Source: Tubiluchus corallicola
Taxonomy: Eukaryota > Animalia > Priapulida
Length of the DNA stretch: 64,000 nt
NCBI GenBank assembly: GCA_030141605.1
Contig: JAQGDQ010000506.1
Coordinates: 1-64,000, forward strand
Direction of reading: 5' to 3'
The notes beneath the pieces are model-generated. The model had not been told where the DNA came from. It worked only from the letters and a program-made list of their open reading frames with translations, and did no database searches. Below, piece by piece: positions 29,601 through 38,953 of this stretch (its first letter is position 1; each line of letters opens with the position of its first letter). A program made the translations under genes and the position numbers.

Positions 29601-31360
29601 AACTTGAACACTACACCTGGATACAACAGTTCATGCATGTCCAAACTTGAACACTACACCTAGATACAACAGTTCATGCATGTCCAAACTTGAACACTAC
29701 ACCTAGATACAACAGTTCGTGCATGTTCAAACTTGAACACTACACCTGGGTACAACAGTTCATGCATGTCCAAACTTGAACACTACACCTGGATACAACA
29801 GTTCATGCATGTCCAAACTTGAACACTACACCTAGATACAACAGTTCGTGCATGTTCAAACTTGAACACTACACCTGGATACAACAGTTCATGCATGTCC
29901 AAACTTGAACACTACACCTGGATACAACAGTTCGTGCATGTTCAAACTTGAACACTACACCTAGATACAACAGTTCATGCATGTTCAAACTTGAACACTA
30001 CACCTAGATACAACAGTTCATTCATGTCCAAACTTGAACACTACACCTAGATACAACAGTTCATTCATGTCCAAACTTGAGTCCTACACCTAGATACAAC
30101 AGTTCATGCATGTCCAAACTTGAACACTACACCTAGATACAACAGTTCATGCATTTTCAAACTTGAACACTACATCTGGATACAACAGTTCATGTATGTC
30201 CAAACTTGAACACTACATCTAGATACAACAGTTCATGCATGTCCAAACTTGAACACTACACCTAGATACAACAGTTCATGCATTTTCAAACTTGAACACT
30301 ACATCTGGATACAACAGTTCATGTATGTCCAAACTTGAACACTACATCTAGATACAACAGTTCATGCATGTCCAAACTTGAACACTACACCTAGATACAA
30401 CAGTTCATGCATGTCCAAACTTGAGCCCTACACCTGGATACAACAGTTCATTCATGTCCAAACTTGAACACTACACCTGGATACAACAGTTCATGCATGT
30501 CCAAACTTGAACACTACACCTAGATACAACAGTTCATGCATGTCCAAACTTGAACACTACACCTAGATACAACAGTTCATGCATGTCCAAACTTGAACAC
30601 TACACCTAGATACAACAGTTCATGCATGTCCAAACTTGAACACTACATCTGGATACAACAGTTCATGCATGTCCCAACTTGTTTTATTTATTTATTAAAT
30701 ATATCCTCAACGATCATTACAGCATTGTACATAAAAGTATTTAATAACATATTTATTATTATGTGCACAAGATGCCAAGCCGCAAATAACCCGTGTAGTA
30801 CTCAAGAAGTAATTACTTGTTTAGAGTACCCCAAATGAATGTGGACTGAGTGTAATAGAAATGAGCAGTAAACAATAGGCCTATTGATTTCCTTGCTGGT
30901 AACGAAATATGGCGATGAATAGTTGTAACTAGATCATGGAGTTGGACCTACTTTTTCACTCAAAGTAGTGGCCAAAAACATGTCTTTGATTCAGCTTTTT
31001 CTTTCATATTTATTTCAGCTTTACTTTATTTCGTATTTCACGAATTCATACAGCAAACGCCTTATTTTTTATGCAGAACACAATTTTGCTGTGCTGACTA
31101 ATTACGATGAATGCAAATGCACAAACAGCCGAAACTTTGAAGATGAAGTCGACTCTTATCACTGCGCAGCATGCGGAGGTGCTTGGAATGGTAGAAGTAA
31201 TAACAATGGTCTTTGCGGGAGAAAAAATTATGTTGGCATATACAGGCTCTATTTTATTAGCTACTCGAATTGCTTAAAACAAACAGCAGAATTTATCATT
31301 ATTGGTTTGGTGATGAGCATAGTGTTCGGAAGATTTCTCTCTGCTTGCCCTTTAATCTAA
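5194..31360 (+). CDS. Multi-exon poly-WSC-domain protein (3' portion, 15 exons, ~12 WSC-like domains, hydrophobic C-terminus)
   Basis: Exons with AG/GT boundaries, all phase 1: 5194-5499, 7977-8270, 10464-10808, 12143-12268, 13019-13204, 14077-14448, 14904-15197, 16690-17025, 17911-18036, 20585-20770, 21985-22299, 22573-22863, 23952-24287, 26551-26682, 31077-31360(stop). WSC motifs: Y/LGCW/F, C..HC....YAYAGLQ.G.EC.CG, C...C.G....CGG....VY. The start lies upstream of the first exon seen. Confidence 0.85.
6430..6748. repeat. Compound (TAA/CAA/CAG)n trinucleotide microsatellite
   Basis: Seen directly; flanked by a local direct duplication (~6145-6320 and ~6778-6950). Confidence 0.95.
7237..7664. 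mobile_element. hAT-type MITE with 8-bp target-site duplication
   Basis: TIRs TAGGGGTGAGCAT / ATACTCACCCCTA; perfect TSD CCAGTGGT at 7229-7236 and 7665-7672; subterminal TTCGA repeats. Confidence 0.85.
7977..8270 (+). CDS. WSC gene exon B1
   Basis: PHEYQGCFAYFKPE...CRDKGYLFGS...YECVCGNGFPFD...VSVYATE; canonical splice sites. Confidence 0.85.
9580..10390. repeat. Dispersed repeat family, tandemly duplicated here; other copies at ~15290-15610 (reverse) and ~17090-17520
   Basis: Shared blocks acagctagctagaac..acctagttcatttt, caagatcctgctagtaaatca and gactaatgcatagttaagtaaagtcc. Confidence 0.7.
10464..10808 (+). CDS. WSC gene exon C1 (canonical WSC domain)
   Basis: ILGCWAD...LTPDKCRAHCLELNYAYAGLQAGTECWCGN...CGGDLALQVY. 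Confidence 0.9.
10958..11946. repeat. 62-bp minisatellite, ~16 copies
   Basis: Unit gagtaggaaatgagttgagttgcattcagttgtgtggatatcgtatggcacaagtagagcat. Confidence 0.95.
12143..12268 (+). CDS. WSC gene exon D1 (N-half of a split WSC domain)
   Basis: LVPGGELLTGCLKVAQEFPNSIVIRRTSMTATMCIHFCYEL; paralogous to 17911-18036. Confidence 0.8.
13019..13204 (+). CDS. WSC gene exon E1 (C-half of a split WSC domain)
   Basis: EDIAVLSNHDECTCTG...CATCAGAFTGRSNYLDLCGSNVTGYSSVQRVYS. Confidence 0.8.
13420..14025 (+). mobile_element. Non-autonomous dispersed element; copies at ~18090-18420, ~43430-43750 and ~47390-47840 (reverse)
   Basis: Shared sequence ..caaagccattgttgtgacgtcatccattatactctg..ataactttaattcagtaaaa(a/g)ctgctg; class not determined. 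Confidence 0.75.
14077..14448 (+). CDS. WSC gene exon A2
   Basis: WKRARHDYRGCW...YICHCDD...CPGGNDGFCGGDAYAYAVYDTG. Confidence 0.85.
14904..15197 (+). CDS. WSC gene exon B2
   Basis: PHEYQGCFVYFKPE...VSVYATE; close paralog of B1. Confidence 0.85.
16411..16647 (-). mobile_element. Short non-LTR retroelement (SINE or RTE-derived) with 10-bp TSD
   Basis: Flanking direct repeat CGTCTACTAT (16401-16410, 16648-16657); short (GAA)n-like tail on the minus strand; GGATGCCCTTCCTGA motif reminiscent of RTE-related elements. Confidence 0.6.
16690..17025 (+). CDS. WSC gene exon C2
   Basis: ALGCWED...VTPDKCIEHCSELNYAYAGLENGTDCYCGN...CGGNWALEVY. Confidence 0.9.
17911..18036 (+). CDS. WSC gene exon D2
   Basis: YVPGGRFQSGCFKLVQKFPNS...MTATMCIHFCYEV. 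Confidence 0.8.
20200..20507. repeat. 27-bp minisatellite, ~11 copies
   Basis: Unit tgttacccattgttgttgttactgtat. Confidence 0.95.
20585..20770 (+). CDS. WSC gene exon E2
   Basis: EDFAVLNNYDECTCTS...HCATCAGAFTGRNNYFDLCGSNVTGYSSVHRVYS. Confidence 0.8.
21044..21159 (+). pseudogene. Relic partial duplicate of WSC exon E
   Basis: KHCGACGGAFTGRNNHFDRCGSKIEVQASIYRVYT followed by G|gtgag donor; 5' half missing and no phase-1 acceptor found. Confidence 0.65.
21541..21806. repeat. Compound trinucleotide microsatellite (CAA/CCT/CAT/CAC/CAG)
   Basis: Seen directly. Confidence 0.95.
21985..22299 (+). CDS. WSC gene exon A3
   Basis: WKDSRPEYRGCW...YICHCDN...CDGDNNGYCGSGAGLYAVYDTG. Confidence 0.85.
22573..22863 (+). 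CDS. WSC gene exon B3
   Basis: PHKYQGCFPYYKPE...CKCGNGFPFD...VSVYATE. Confidence 0.85.
23952..24287 (+). CDS. WSC gene exon C3
   Basis: ILGCWED...LTPEKCKRHCLKFGFAFAGLQYGTECHCG...CGGEWAMLVY. Confidence 0.9.
24352..24815. repeat. 67-bp minisatellite, ~7 copies
   Basis: TAGATGGCAG recurs at 24404, 24471 and onward (period 67). Confidence 0.95.
26551..26682 (+). CDS. WSC gene exon D3
   Basis: FPLGEKLGTGCYRKSEE...MSPKMCVSHCHVL. Confidence 0.75.
26789..30679. repeat. 43-bp intronic satellite array, ~90 copies (~3.9 kb)
   Basis: Unit cagttcatgcatgtccaaacttgaacactacacctagatacaa; no unique spacers. Confidence 0.97.
31077..31360 (+). CDS. WSC gene terminal exon E3 with hydrophobic (GPI-signal or TM-like) tail
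   Basis: HNFAVLTNYDECKC...HCAACGGAWNGRSNNNGLCG...YRLY then AEFIIIGLVMSIVFGRFLSACPLI*. Confidence 0.75.
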
Positions 31361-31541
31361 AGTTGTACTTATTTAGAATTGCCTGTAAAACTTGGCTTCG
31401 TTATATGCATTTAGTAGGTCAACCAATCAGAATTGAGCACGTTTTTTAGTCTACTCATTGGAAGCGAAGAAATCGCCACGTATTTGATTTGTTCTGTAAT
31501 ATTGAATTTAAAATAAAAGTTTTTGGGATTTACTTCAAAAC
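31325..31541. repeat. Dispersed repeat; reverse-complement copy at ~4672-4889
   Basis: ttcggaagatttctctctgcttgccctttaatctaaagttgtacttatttagaa is the reverse complement of ~4835-4889, and the similarity continues for ~215 bp. Confidence 0.85.
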
Positions 31542-32017
31542 ACATAGTTTATCATTGTTGATGATTTCTTGTGATGATTAAGTTATTGTTGTTAATTAAA
31601 TGAATCTCTTTGTTAATTAAAAGAATAGACTTCATTTATAATATCATTAATTATGCATTACAAAACTTCCCATCATAAGAGAGTGCTGACTACATATGAG
31701 TTTTATAAAAACGGTGATAATGTCGTTCATAATTATACACTTAATGGTGTTTGATAACTTCTAGATCATGCATTTCCTTATTATTGTTCTGTACTTACTG
31801 TACCAGCCGTGTTTCGGCTGGGTGTTGCGTGTTTGTCTGACCAGTCAGTGTCCTGTTTAAAATTAGTAAATATTCAAAATGAGATGCTGTAAGCTTGCTT
31901 TTTATTTGTGCGGTTATTTCGCACACATCGTACCAATAGCGCTATGACATGTCATGCAGTGCAGTCTTTGCTGCTGTACCCCATATTACCTTTCCTTAAG
32001 TGAAAGCAGGTCCCTTC

Positions 32018-32350
32018 TTAAACCATGGTGCCATGTGATCTAACCATGGTGCAAAATGATCTAACCGTTGTGAGATCAAAATGCCAAAATGGTCTAACCT
32101 GGTGCAAATTGATCTAATCATTGGTGCCAAATGATCTAGCCATGGTGCAAAATGATCTAACCGTGGTGAGAAATGACCTAACCACGGGCCAAAATGGTCT
32201 AACCTGGTGCAAATTGATCTAATCATTGGTGCCAAATGATCTAACCATGGTGAAAAATGACCTAATCGTTGGTGCGAAATGATCGAACCATGGTGAAAAA
32301 TGATCTAACCATGGTGCAAAATGATCTAACCGTGGTGAAAAATGATCTAA
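32018..32350. repeat. Degenerate ~21-22-bp tandem repeat (aaatgatctaaccatggtgca)
   Basis: Seen directly. Confidence 0.85.
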
Positions 32351-33696
32351 TATATATATATATATATAATATATTCTTTTAGAAATGGCTTACATGAAAG
32401 AAAAGAATTATTACCATAAAAGTTAAATTTCGCGTTTGCGCTGTTTGGTTTGGCTGTTGCACGTATCTATACGAGCGCACTGGTTTCGCCGTTCACTAGT
32501 TAGATGAGCAACAGAGCCTAAATCTCGTGATGTAGAGAAATAGATGCTGTACCTGATTGTAAGAAATAAGAACACATTTTAGTTTTGACGTGAAATTACA
32601 GAGGTAAACTTGAAATTTCAGAAAGTTCAATTTTTGTAAAAAAACTTTTATGCTTTTGCCGGAAATTGACAGTGTGCTGTTTTTCTGCAGCTAATGAATG
32701 ACGTCACTGGTGGAAGAAAAGGCGTGATTTTACTAATTACACGAAGCACTTTTATTACCAAGTCCTTAATATTACTAATATTTTTCGTGAACATTAAAAA
32801 CTTCCCAGAAGTCTCGGACTTTCAAGTCAAAGCTTAGTGAATGAATGGATTAGTTTGACTGATAACTGGACCAACTGTTAAAGTGAAGGTCAAAACAATC
32901 TACCCTTTAAAATATTGAAAGGAAACATTTTTTTCAAAAATGACTTACGTGAAAGAATTATTACCACGCAAACAATTGCGCCACTAGTTCTTCGTTGTTT
33001 AGACGGGCACTACTGCCTGCATTTTGGAAAGGCATTGCAAAAAAACAGGTGATGTACCTCTCAGCTCCAGATATGCTAGTTTCTGATGAGCTACACACGT
33101 TCGACAGCTCATGCGTGAGCACAGTGGTGAATTTCAAAATTGAATTTTTATCTTAAATCTTACCTAGTTTTAGTACAACACACTGAATATCTTTCAGTAG
33201 CACTGTACTTAATTTTTGCGTTCACAAACACATGCAACACACTCATGGAATATTTTTGCTGTTGAAAATTATGTTAGTTTGTGATGTCATCACCAGTTGG
33301 GCTTGCCTGCTGTTAATTAAGTTTTTAATCTATTATCTAATTATCTGAAATATTAATCGTGTTAAAATGTATACTTTTTATCAGACTTAAAATGGGATAG
33401 TATATGAAAAATCATCTTTCTTCCTTTAAATGACTACTCTACTAAGCAGACCCTGCTGTTAGGACTAACCAGAGGAAATCAGAAGCCTTGAGTTCGTTTC
33501 CTAGTGCAGGTGCAGAACTTTTTGATGCTTTTAGTTTACTTGGCCTATATTGCGTTCGTGTGTTTATTGGATCAAAAACAAAATTAAAGCTGGAAAGAAC
33601 GCAAGTAGTAATGATTGTCGTCATCATCAGTAATTCAACATTACAATCAGTATCATCATCATCAGTAATTCAACATTACAATCAGTATCATCATCA

Positions 33697-35597
33697 TCAG
33701 TGTTTGTCGCAACGCCAAGGTTGGTTCTGGATGTGGATTCTCTCCTTGCAATGTGATTCTAACAACTGCCAACCTAAAACGGAATTTGTATACATGTACA
33801 CCTGCAGGTTGTGTTTTTAAATTGTTTACAGGTGTTTGCTATCGATAAGGAAGTGATAAACAAGTTACGAATATATAAACACAGATTTTAGCGACTTTAA
33901 GACATGCTAGCTCTTTAATAATAAAAAATCTATTGCTTAATTAAGAGATGAACATGAAATTTAAATTGATTTAATTAAAAATTTTACATAGTAAATTTCG
34001 ACTTCTTAAAATGAATTGAATGTGTGACGTCATTTAAAGAGGAACTCGAAATATTGTATTGTAAAATTTTAAATGAGTTCATTTAAATTTTTTATCCACG
34101 TCTTAAGCCGTTATTTTTATTATTATGAGCACTGCAATCCCTGTGATTTTCCCAAGAGTGCCATATCCCATGGGAAAGTCATGGAAATCCCTTCCTACCG
34201 GTTTCTGCTATTCTTGGCAAGCAACTTTTTATTTGTTTCTAAAAGCCAAAGTTCTCCTACCTTTTTCATGGTCATTGTGGTACTTCTGCGTCCAAGCATC
34301 TAGTAGTAAGTTACTGTATCGTTTTTCTTCAAAATACTTCAAGTACTTGTGAGATGTAGGACTGGGAAAGATTCTTTGGAAACTTCCTCTCCTGGAAAAT
34401 TCGTCTTCAGCTTCTACAAGTTCACGAACATCTGCTGGTGTTAGCTCATCTAGGATGTGAGTTTGTATCTCCTGGAAAAATCAAATTCAAGTGCATAACA
34501 AACTGCCAATCGCAAATCTTCGAGGTAAGAAAAGATTAGGTGATATTAACCATCAGCCAGTCAGATTTGGTGTATTAACCATCAGCCAATCAAATGTAGT
34601 TGTTTTAGGCATCAGGCAGTCAGATTTGGTGTATTAACCATCAGCCAATCAGATGTAGTTGTTTTAGGCATATTCATGTCACATAAGAAAATATTGTTGG
34701 CCCAAGTCATTGACTGTGGTTTTGACACCTCACCATTGATTTGACCTTTGACCTTATATAAGCTGCTATCTAAATACATACTTAGGTCAAACTCGACTCC
34801 TGGACTGAACTCAGTGTGAAAAGACCGCATTAATCAATTAGTTAATCCAGGTAGTTTAGTTGACATACCTCTTCAGATGCAGCCGTCGTGAAATATAACC
34901 GTTTTGCTTTCTCTTCTGCCGAAAGTCCACAGTCCAGAAGTGACTTTGGCAGCATCGGACCTGCTTCTGGGAGACATGAGGAATTGCTAAATAAAAAAGT
35001 TGTTAAATAACAAAGAACTCTAGCTACTTACTGCATAGAAAATACTTTGGCCTTACAAGCAGGCAAACAAGCACCCAAACGCAACCCATACTCGATCCAC
35101 AAATATCCGATTTCAGTCAGTAAGTTATATTGTAAAGTTGTAAAATTCTTAAAATTTACGTTTCCTACAGGTAAGCATTAAAACTTGAGTGCTTACAGAA
35201 TATGTACCGTCTTGGCTACATTTGTAACTTTGTTAGAAACTTTATAGAAGATTTAACATTAATCTTTCTTCCTTATTAATCTGTTTATTCACAAAGACTG
35301 CTGCCATGATAAGTCTAGAGAATGTAACGCCTCGTGGCTTGCCCGCTAAAAACAGTGAGAGGAAACCTTAGTGAGCACAAACATAAAAATATAAACCATA
35401 AATAACAACACGTCACAGAATATAAGTAAAATTTCTTGCTCCCCAGAAAACAGAAGTCTTTTAAAGTCTTTTACCTTTGGCGAGAACGCAGAGGTTGCGA
35501 TTTTTTGTGGGTTGACCTTACAGGTATTCGAAATCCTGCCATATTGAAAGCGTCCTGAACAATTTGTCCGTTACTCACGTCATCCGCAGGATAGAAA
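33697..35597 (-). CDS. TTLL4: TTLL4-like tubulin glutamylase, 3' exons only (possibly a truncated copy)
   Basis: Exons 35475-35597 (GQIVQDAFNMAGFRIP), 34869-34986 (LSAEEKAKRLYF), 34261-34471 (ILDELTPADVRELVEAEDEFSRRGSFQRIFPSPTSHKYLKYFEEKRYSNLLLDAWTQKY) and 33697-33773 (GWQLLESHCKERIH..*); splice phases are consistent and the peptides match the region after the TTL core of TTLL4. Confidence 0.8.
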
Positions 35598-36235
35598 CTA
35601 AAAACACAAGTTTCAACTTGAGAGCTTAGCAATCATAGTTGTTTCAGTTATAGTTAAAATAGAATATCAGTTAGAAAAAATATGAGGTTGAGTATGAAAA
35701 CGCACAGTGGGCAAATGATGGTGACCACTAACAGATTTTTTATTGTCTTCAATATGTTATTGTTCGGCCATTTTGATTTTTATTTTATTTATTTTATTCA
35801 CACCCAGTAGTAAAATACAGTGTAAAATAAAAACAGTATAATATAAAACACGTTGGCAGAAAACATACAAATACAATATTTGCAAGAGTGTGGTAAAGAC
35901 ACAAACAGATTAACTGCTTACACATGTCTATTGTGTACATTTTGTGCAGTTACGGATTGGCGAATTTATAACATTTTCTTCAAAAGGTACAAATCACACG
36001 TGTTGATTGTGTTGATGTAACAAAGTTATCCTGGTGCTATGATTTAAACGATAGTAGGCACTAATATGCCATGTCCAATTTCATAAAATTTCGACAAATT
36101 TGAGCGTCTTGGCAATAAGATTCTTTGAATGCCCAAAAAAGTCATTTCTTAACTAAGAAGTTTCGCTGCATAAAAGTAATACTTGACAGATCTCTTCTTT
36201 TATCAGGCTTGAATTAAAATAGGAAGCTGGATCAT

Positions 36236-36529
<294 letters not shown>

Positions 36530-36693
36530 TACACGTAATTAACAATGACCATATAGAAACTAGGTTAATAGTATTACTAATACACCACAAGTAATTGTCG
36601 AATCTGTCCAGTACATAATCAATCATAAATTCACAATAGAGATGGGCGGGGCAGATCTATCAGCCTGGGGCGTCGTAAAGTGTTGATACGCCT

Positions 36694-36872
36694 CTGATTA
36701 TTGGGGACATTGAGAAGACCTTTTTGAATGTTGGTCTGCAAGTTGCTGATAGGGTCGTTACTCGTTTCCTCCGGGTAAAAAGTCTGACTTCGTTACAGCA
36801 CCCAATAATAGATGAGTCAAACTTAGCGATTCACCGGAGTTCCGTTTAGTGTTGTTACTAGCCGTTTTAATT
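36694..36872 (+). mobile_element. BEL/Pao LTR-retrotransposon RT fragment
   Basis: LIIGDIEKTFLNVGLQVADRVVTRFLRVK...NLAIHR / VPFSVVTS resembles the BEL/Pao pattern DIEKAFLQ..L...DR..TRFLW...RVPFG. Confidence 0.7.
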
Positions 36873-36975
36873 ATGATTTGCATTTATTGTGTGAATTATG
36901 AAGCAGGCCATGTGTAAAAACCCAAATTCGTTAATCGTAAGGCGAGTCAAGCCACCCCATAGTGGTCACTTAAAC

Positions 36976-37377
36976 CTGTGGTCACCTGGCATTCACTGCC
37001 CAGCCATGGCATGGTTTCATCACACATCTCTCTGTGGTCACCTGGCATTCACTGCCCAGCTATGGCGTGCTTTCACCACACATCTCACTGTGGTCACCTG
37101 GCATTCACTGCCCAGCCATGGCGTGCTTTTGCCACACATCTCACTGTGGTCACCTGGCATTCACTGCCTGGCCATGGCGTGGTTTCACTACAATCTCACT
37201 GTGGCCACCCGGCATTCACTGCCCAGCCATGGCGTGCTTTCACCACACATCTCACTGTGGTCACTTGGCATTCACTGCCCAGCCATGGCGTGCTTTTGCC
37301 ACGCACCTCACTGTGGTCACCTGGCATTCATTGCCCAGCCATGGCCTGGTTTCACCACACATCTCACTGTGGTCACC
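36976..37377. repeat. 56-bp minisatellite, ~7 copies, abutting the left palindrome arm
   Basis: Unit ctgtggtcacctggcattcactgcccagccatggcgtgctttcaccacacatctca. Confidence 0.95.
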
Positions 37378-37900
37378 AGTGTGAAAGCGCATGAAAGCGT
37401 GTGAAAGTGCGTGAAAGTGTGTGAAACGAGGTAAAAAGCGCCTCAAACGAAGAAAAAGGGAGAAGTGGAGTTCCCGCCGAGGACTAATTAGTGCTAATTG
37501 GCGCTAATTGGGGAGCCCCTGCCATCCCTCCGCCGCATGCAAACGTCCGTCCCGGGGGTCGGGGACCCCCCCTGCAACCCACCCCTCCGTCGCGTGGAAT
37601 CGTCCACTGCAGGCAATGAGGGAAATCTTTTTCCCGCCACTCGCGCAGTGCCGGCCCTTTTCCGCGACCACTTCTCTCTCTCTCGGGTGCCCTCCCTTTT
37701 CCGCGACCACTTCTCTCGCGGGTTTAGATGTGTGTGTGTGTGTGTGTGTGTGCGTGTGTGTGTGCTTGTGGAGATTTATTTCAAACGCCAAAGTTCGATA
37801 AATGCATTTTCACAAATCTTTTTTATTGATGGATTACAAAAATTTTTTTTACATTTTTTATGCAAAATACATACGTGCTAAAACTAGATTATTATTATTA

Positions 37901-38629
37901 TTATGGTGACATGATAGTTCTACATTTTACGTTTTTTTCGCAAATTACACAAATTATGCAAATTACAGTAAAATACACTAATGACGACGAGCGAGTACAT
38001 GGATTGTCGTCGTCGTCGTCGATGTGATACAGACAAACGTTATTGTTGTTAAAAACGAATTCGTTAAATTTGCGGAAAACGCGAGAGAAATCCTCGACCT
38101 TTGTCCCGCCCATCATTATTATGCTTTCGGTGTGAAAAATGTTCAGAGTAATTTGCTCGCATTTGCAAGTTAGTTTGGGAAATAGTTCCACTTCGTAAAA
38201 CACTTCTCTAAAAGAATGCGTCGAAGGACGAACGAGTTCTTCGTACAGTGCACCCAGTTTCAATCTGCAGTGAATTTTGGCTCTGGCGGTGATGGTGCGA
38301 ATTGCGATCCCGTCGGCGGGCGTCAGTCCGAGACCTTTCGAGAGTTCTTCGATCGCATTGCGTAGTACTTTTTCCTCCGAAAAACCGTTGGCCACCACGG
38401 AGCCGGAGGCAAAAATCATCAGTGTCCCGCCCAGTCGCTTTAGCAGAAGCATTTGCGGTTTTCTTTCGTAGCGTCTTCCGCCCGTTCTCCGCCGGAGTTC
38501 GTTCAGATCGAAGCGCTGCGAGAACGAAGCCGTGGCGACGATGTTGACCGTTTGGACTGACACGTTAGAACGTAGTTGGCAATCGTTTCGGACGCCCGAA
38601 CCGCTCTGCCTCGTCCGTTGCTCTGCCAA
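37901..38629 (-). CDS. Divergent TBP-fold protein, left-arm copy (no ATG; G>E in the IFxxG motif)
   Basis: VNIVATA..FDL, TLMIFASGSVVANG, YEVELFPKL and TLNIFHTESIIMMG match the two TBP repeats. Confidence 0.7.
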   Translation of the reverse strand: MAEQRTRQSGSGVRNDCQLRSNVSVQTVNIVATASFSQRFDLNELRRRTGGRRYERKPQMLLLKRLGGTLMIFASGSVVANGFSEEKVLRNAIEELSKGLGLTPADGIAIRTITARAKIHCRLKLGALYEELVRPSTHSFREVFYEVELFPKLTCKCEQITLNIFHTESIIMMGGTKVEDFSRVFRKFNEFVFNNNNVCLYHIDDDDDNPCTRSSSLVYFTVICIICVICEKNVKCRTIMSP

Positions 38630-38925
38630 CGTATGGCGGGCGGCGGGTGCTCACTTTCCAGATCCTCTACGCGTATGACCACGCGATTTTTGGGGAGATG
38701 TTTTTTGACGAAATCGTACATCTCTGCTCCCTTGACGTAGGTGATCCTGCCTCTGGTGGTCTGTCGTAGAATGTTTTCCAATTCTGCGTACTCGATCATT
38801 CCCTCCTCCCACGAGATGCCGTGTATGTGTCTGATTAGGTAGTTGTAGGTGGATCGCTTGTGCTGGGGAACGCGATTCCAAACAAGTTTTGGTATTTGAA
38901 ATGCTAGAAAATTAATAATGAAAAT
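38503..38925 (-). pseudogene. 5'-truncated DEDD/RNase H-fold exonuclease-like ORF of the Polinton/large-DNA-virus type
   Basis: Open frame FQIPKLVWNRVPQHKRSTYNYLIRHIHGISWEEGMIEYAELENILRQ...ITYVKGAEMYDFVKKHL...VIRVEDL; the HGxxWxxG.I.Y..L..IL and YVKG.E pattern is recalled from Polinton-associated exonuclease-like proteins; N-terminus missing. Confidence 0.5.
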
Positions 38926-38953
38926 TTAATCAGCTGATACACCTCGTGTGAGG

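Noticed and set aside
26789-30679. CRISPR-like appearance of the regular arrays (also 10958-11946 and 44812-45297)
   Set aside because: Head-to-tail units with no unique spacers, no cas genes, and a eukaryotic intronic context
33081-33115. CTGATGAG followed by a stem, as a hammerhead ribozyme
   Set aside because: The required GAAA after stem II is absent
35801-35811. CACCCAGTAGT as the possible left Maverick terminus
   Set aside because: The following sequence does not match AGTAGTATAGATG, and there is no direct TGGGTG TSD
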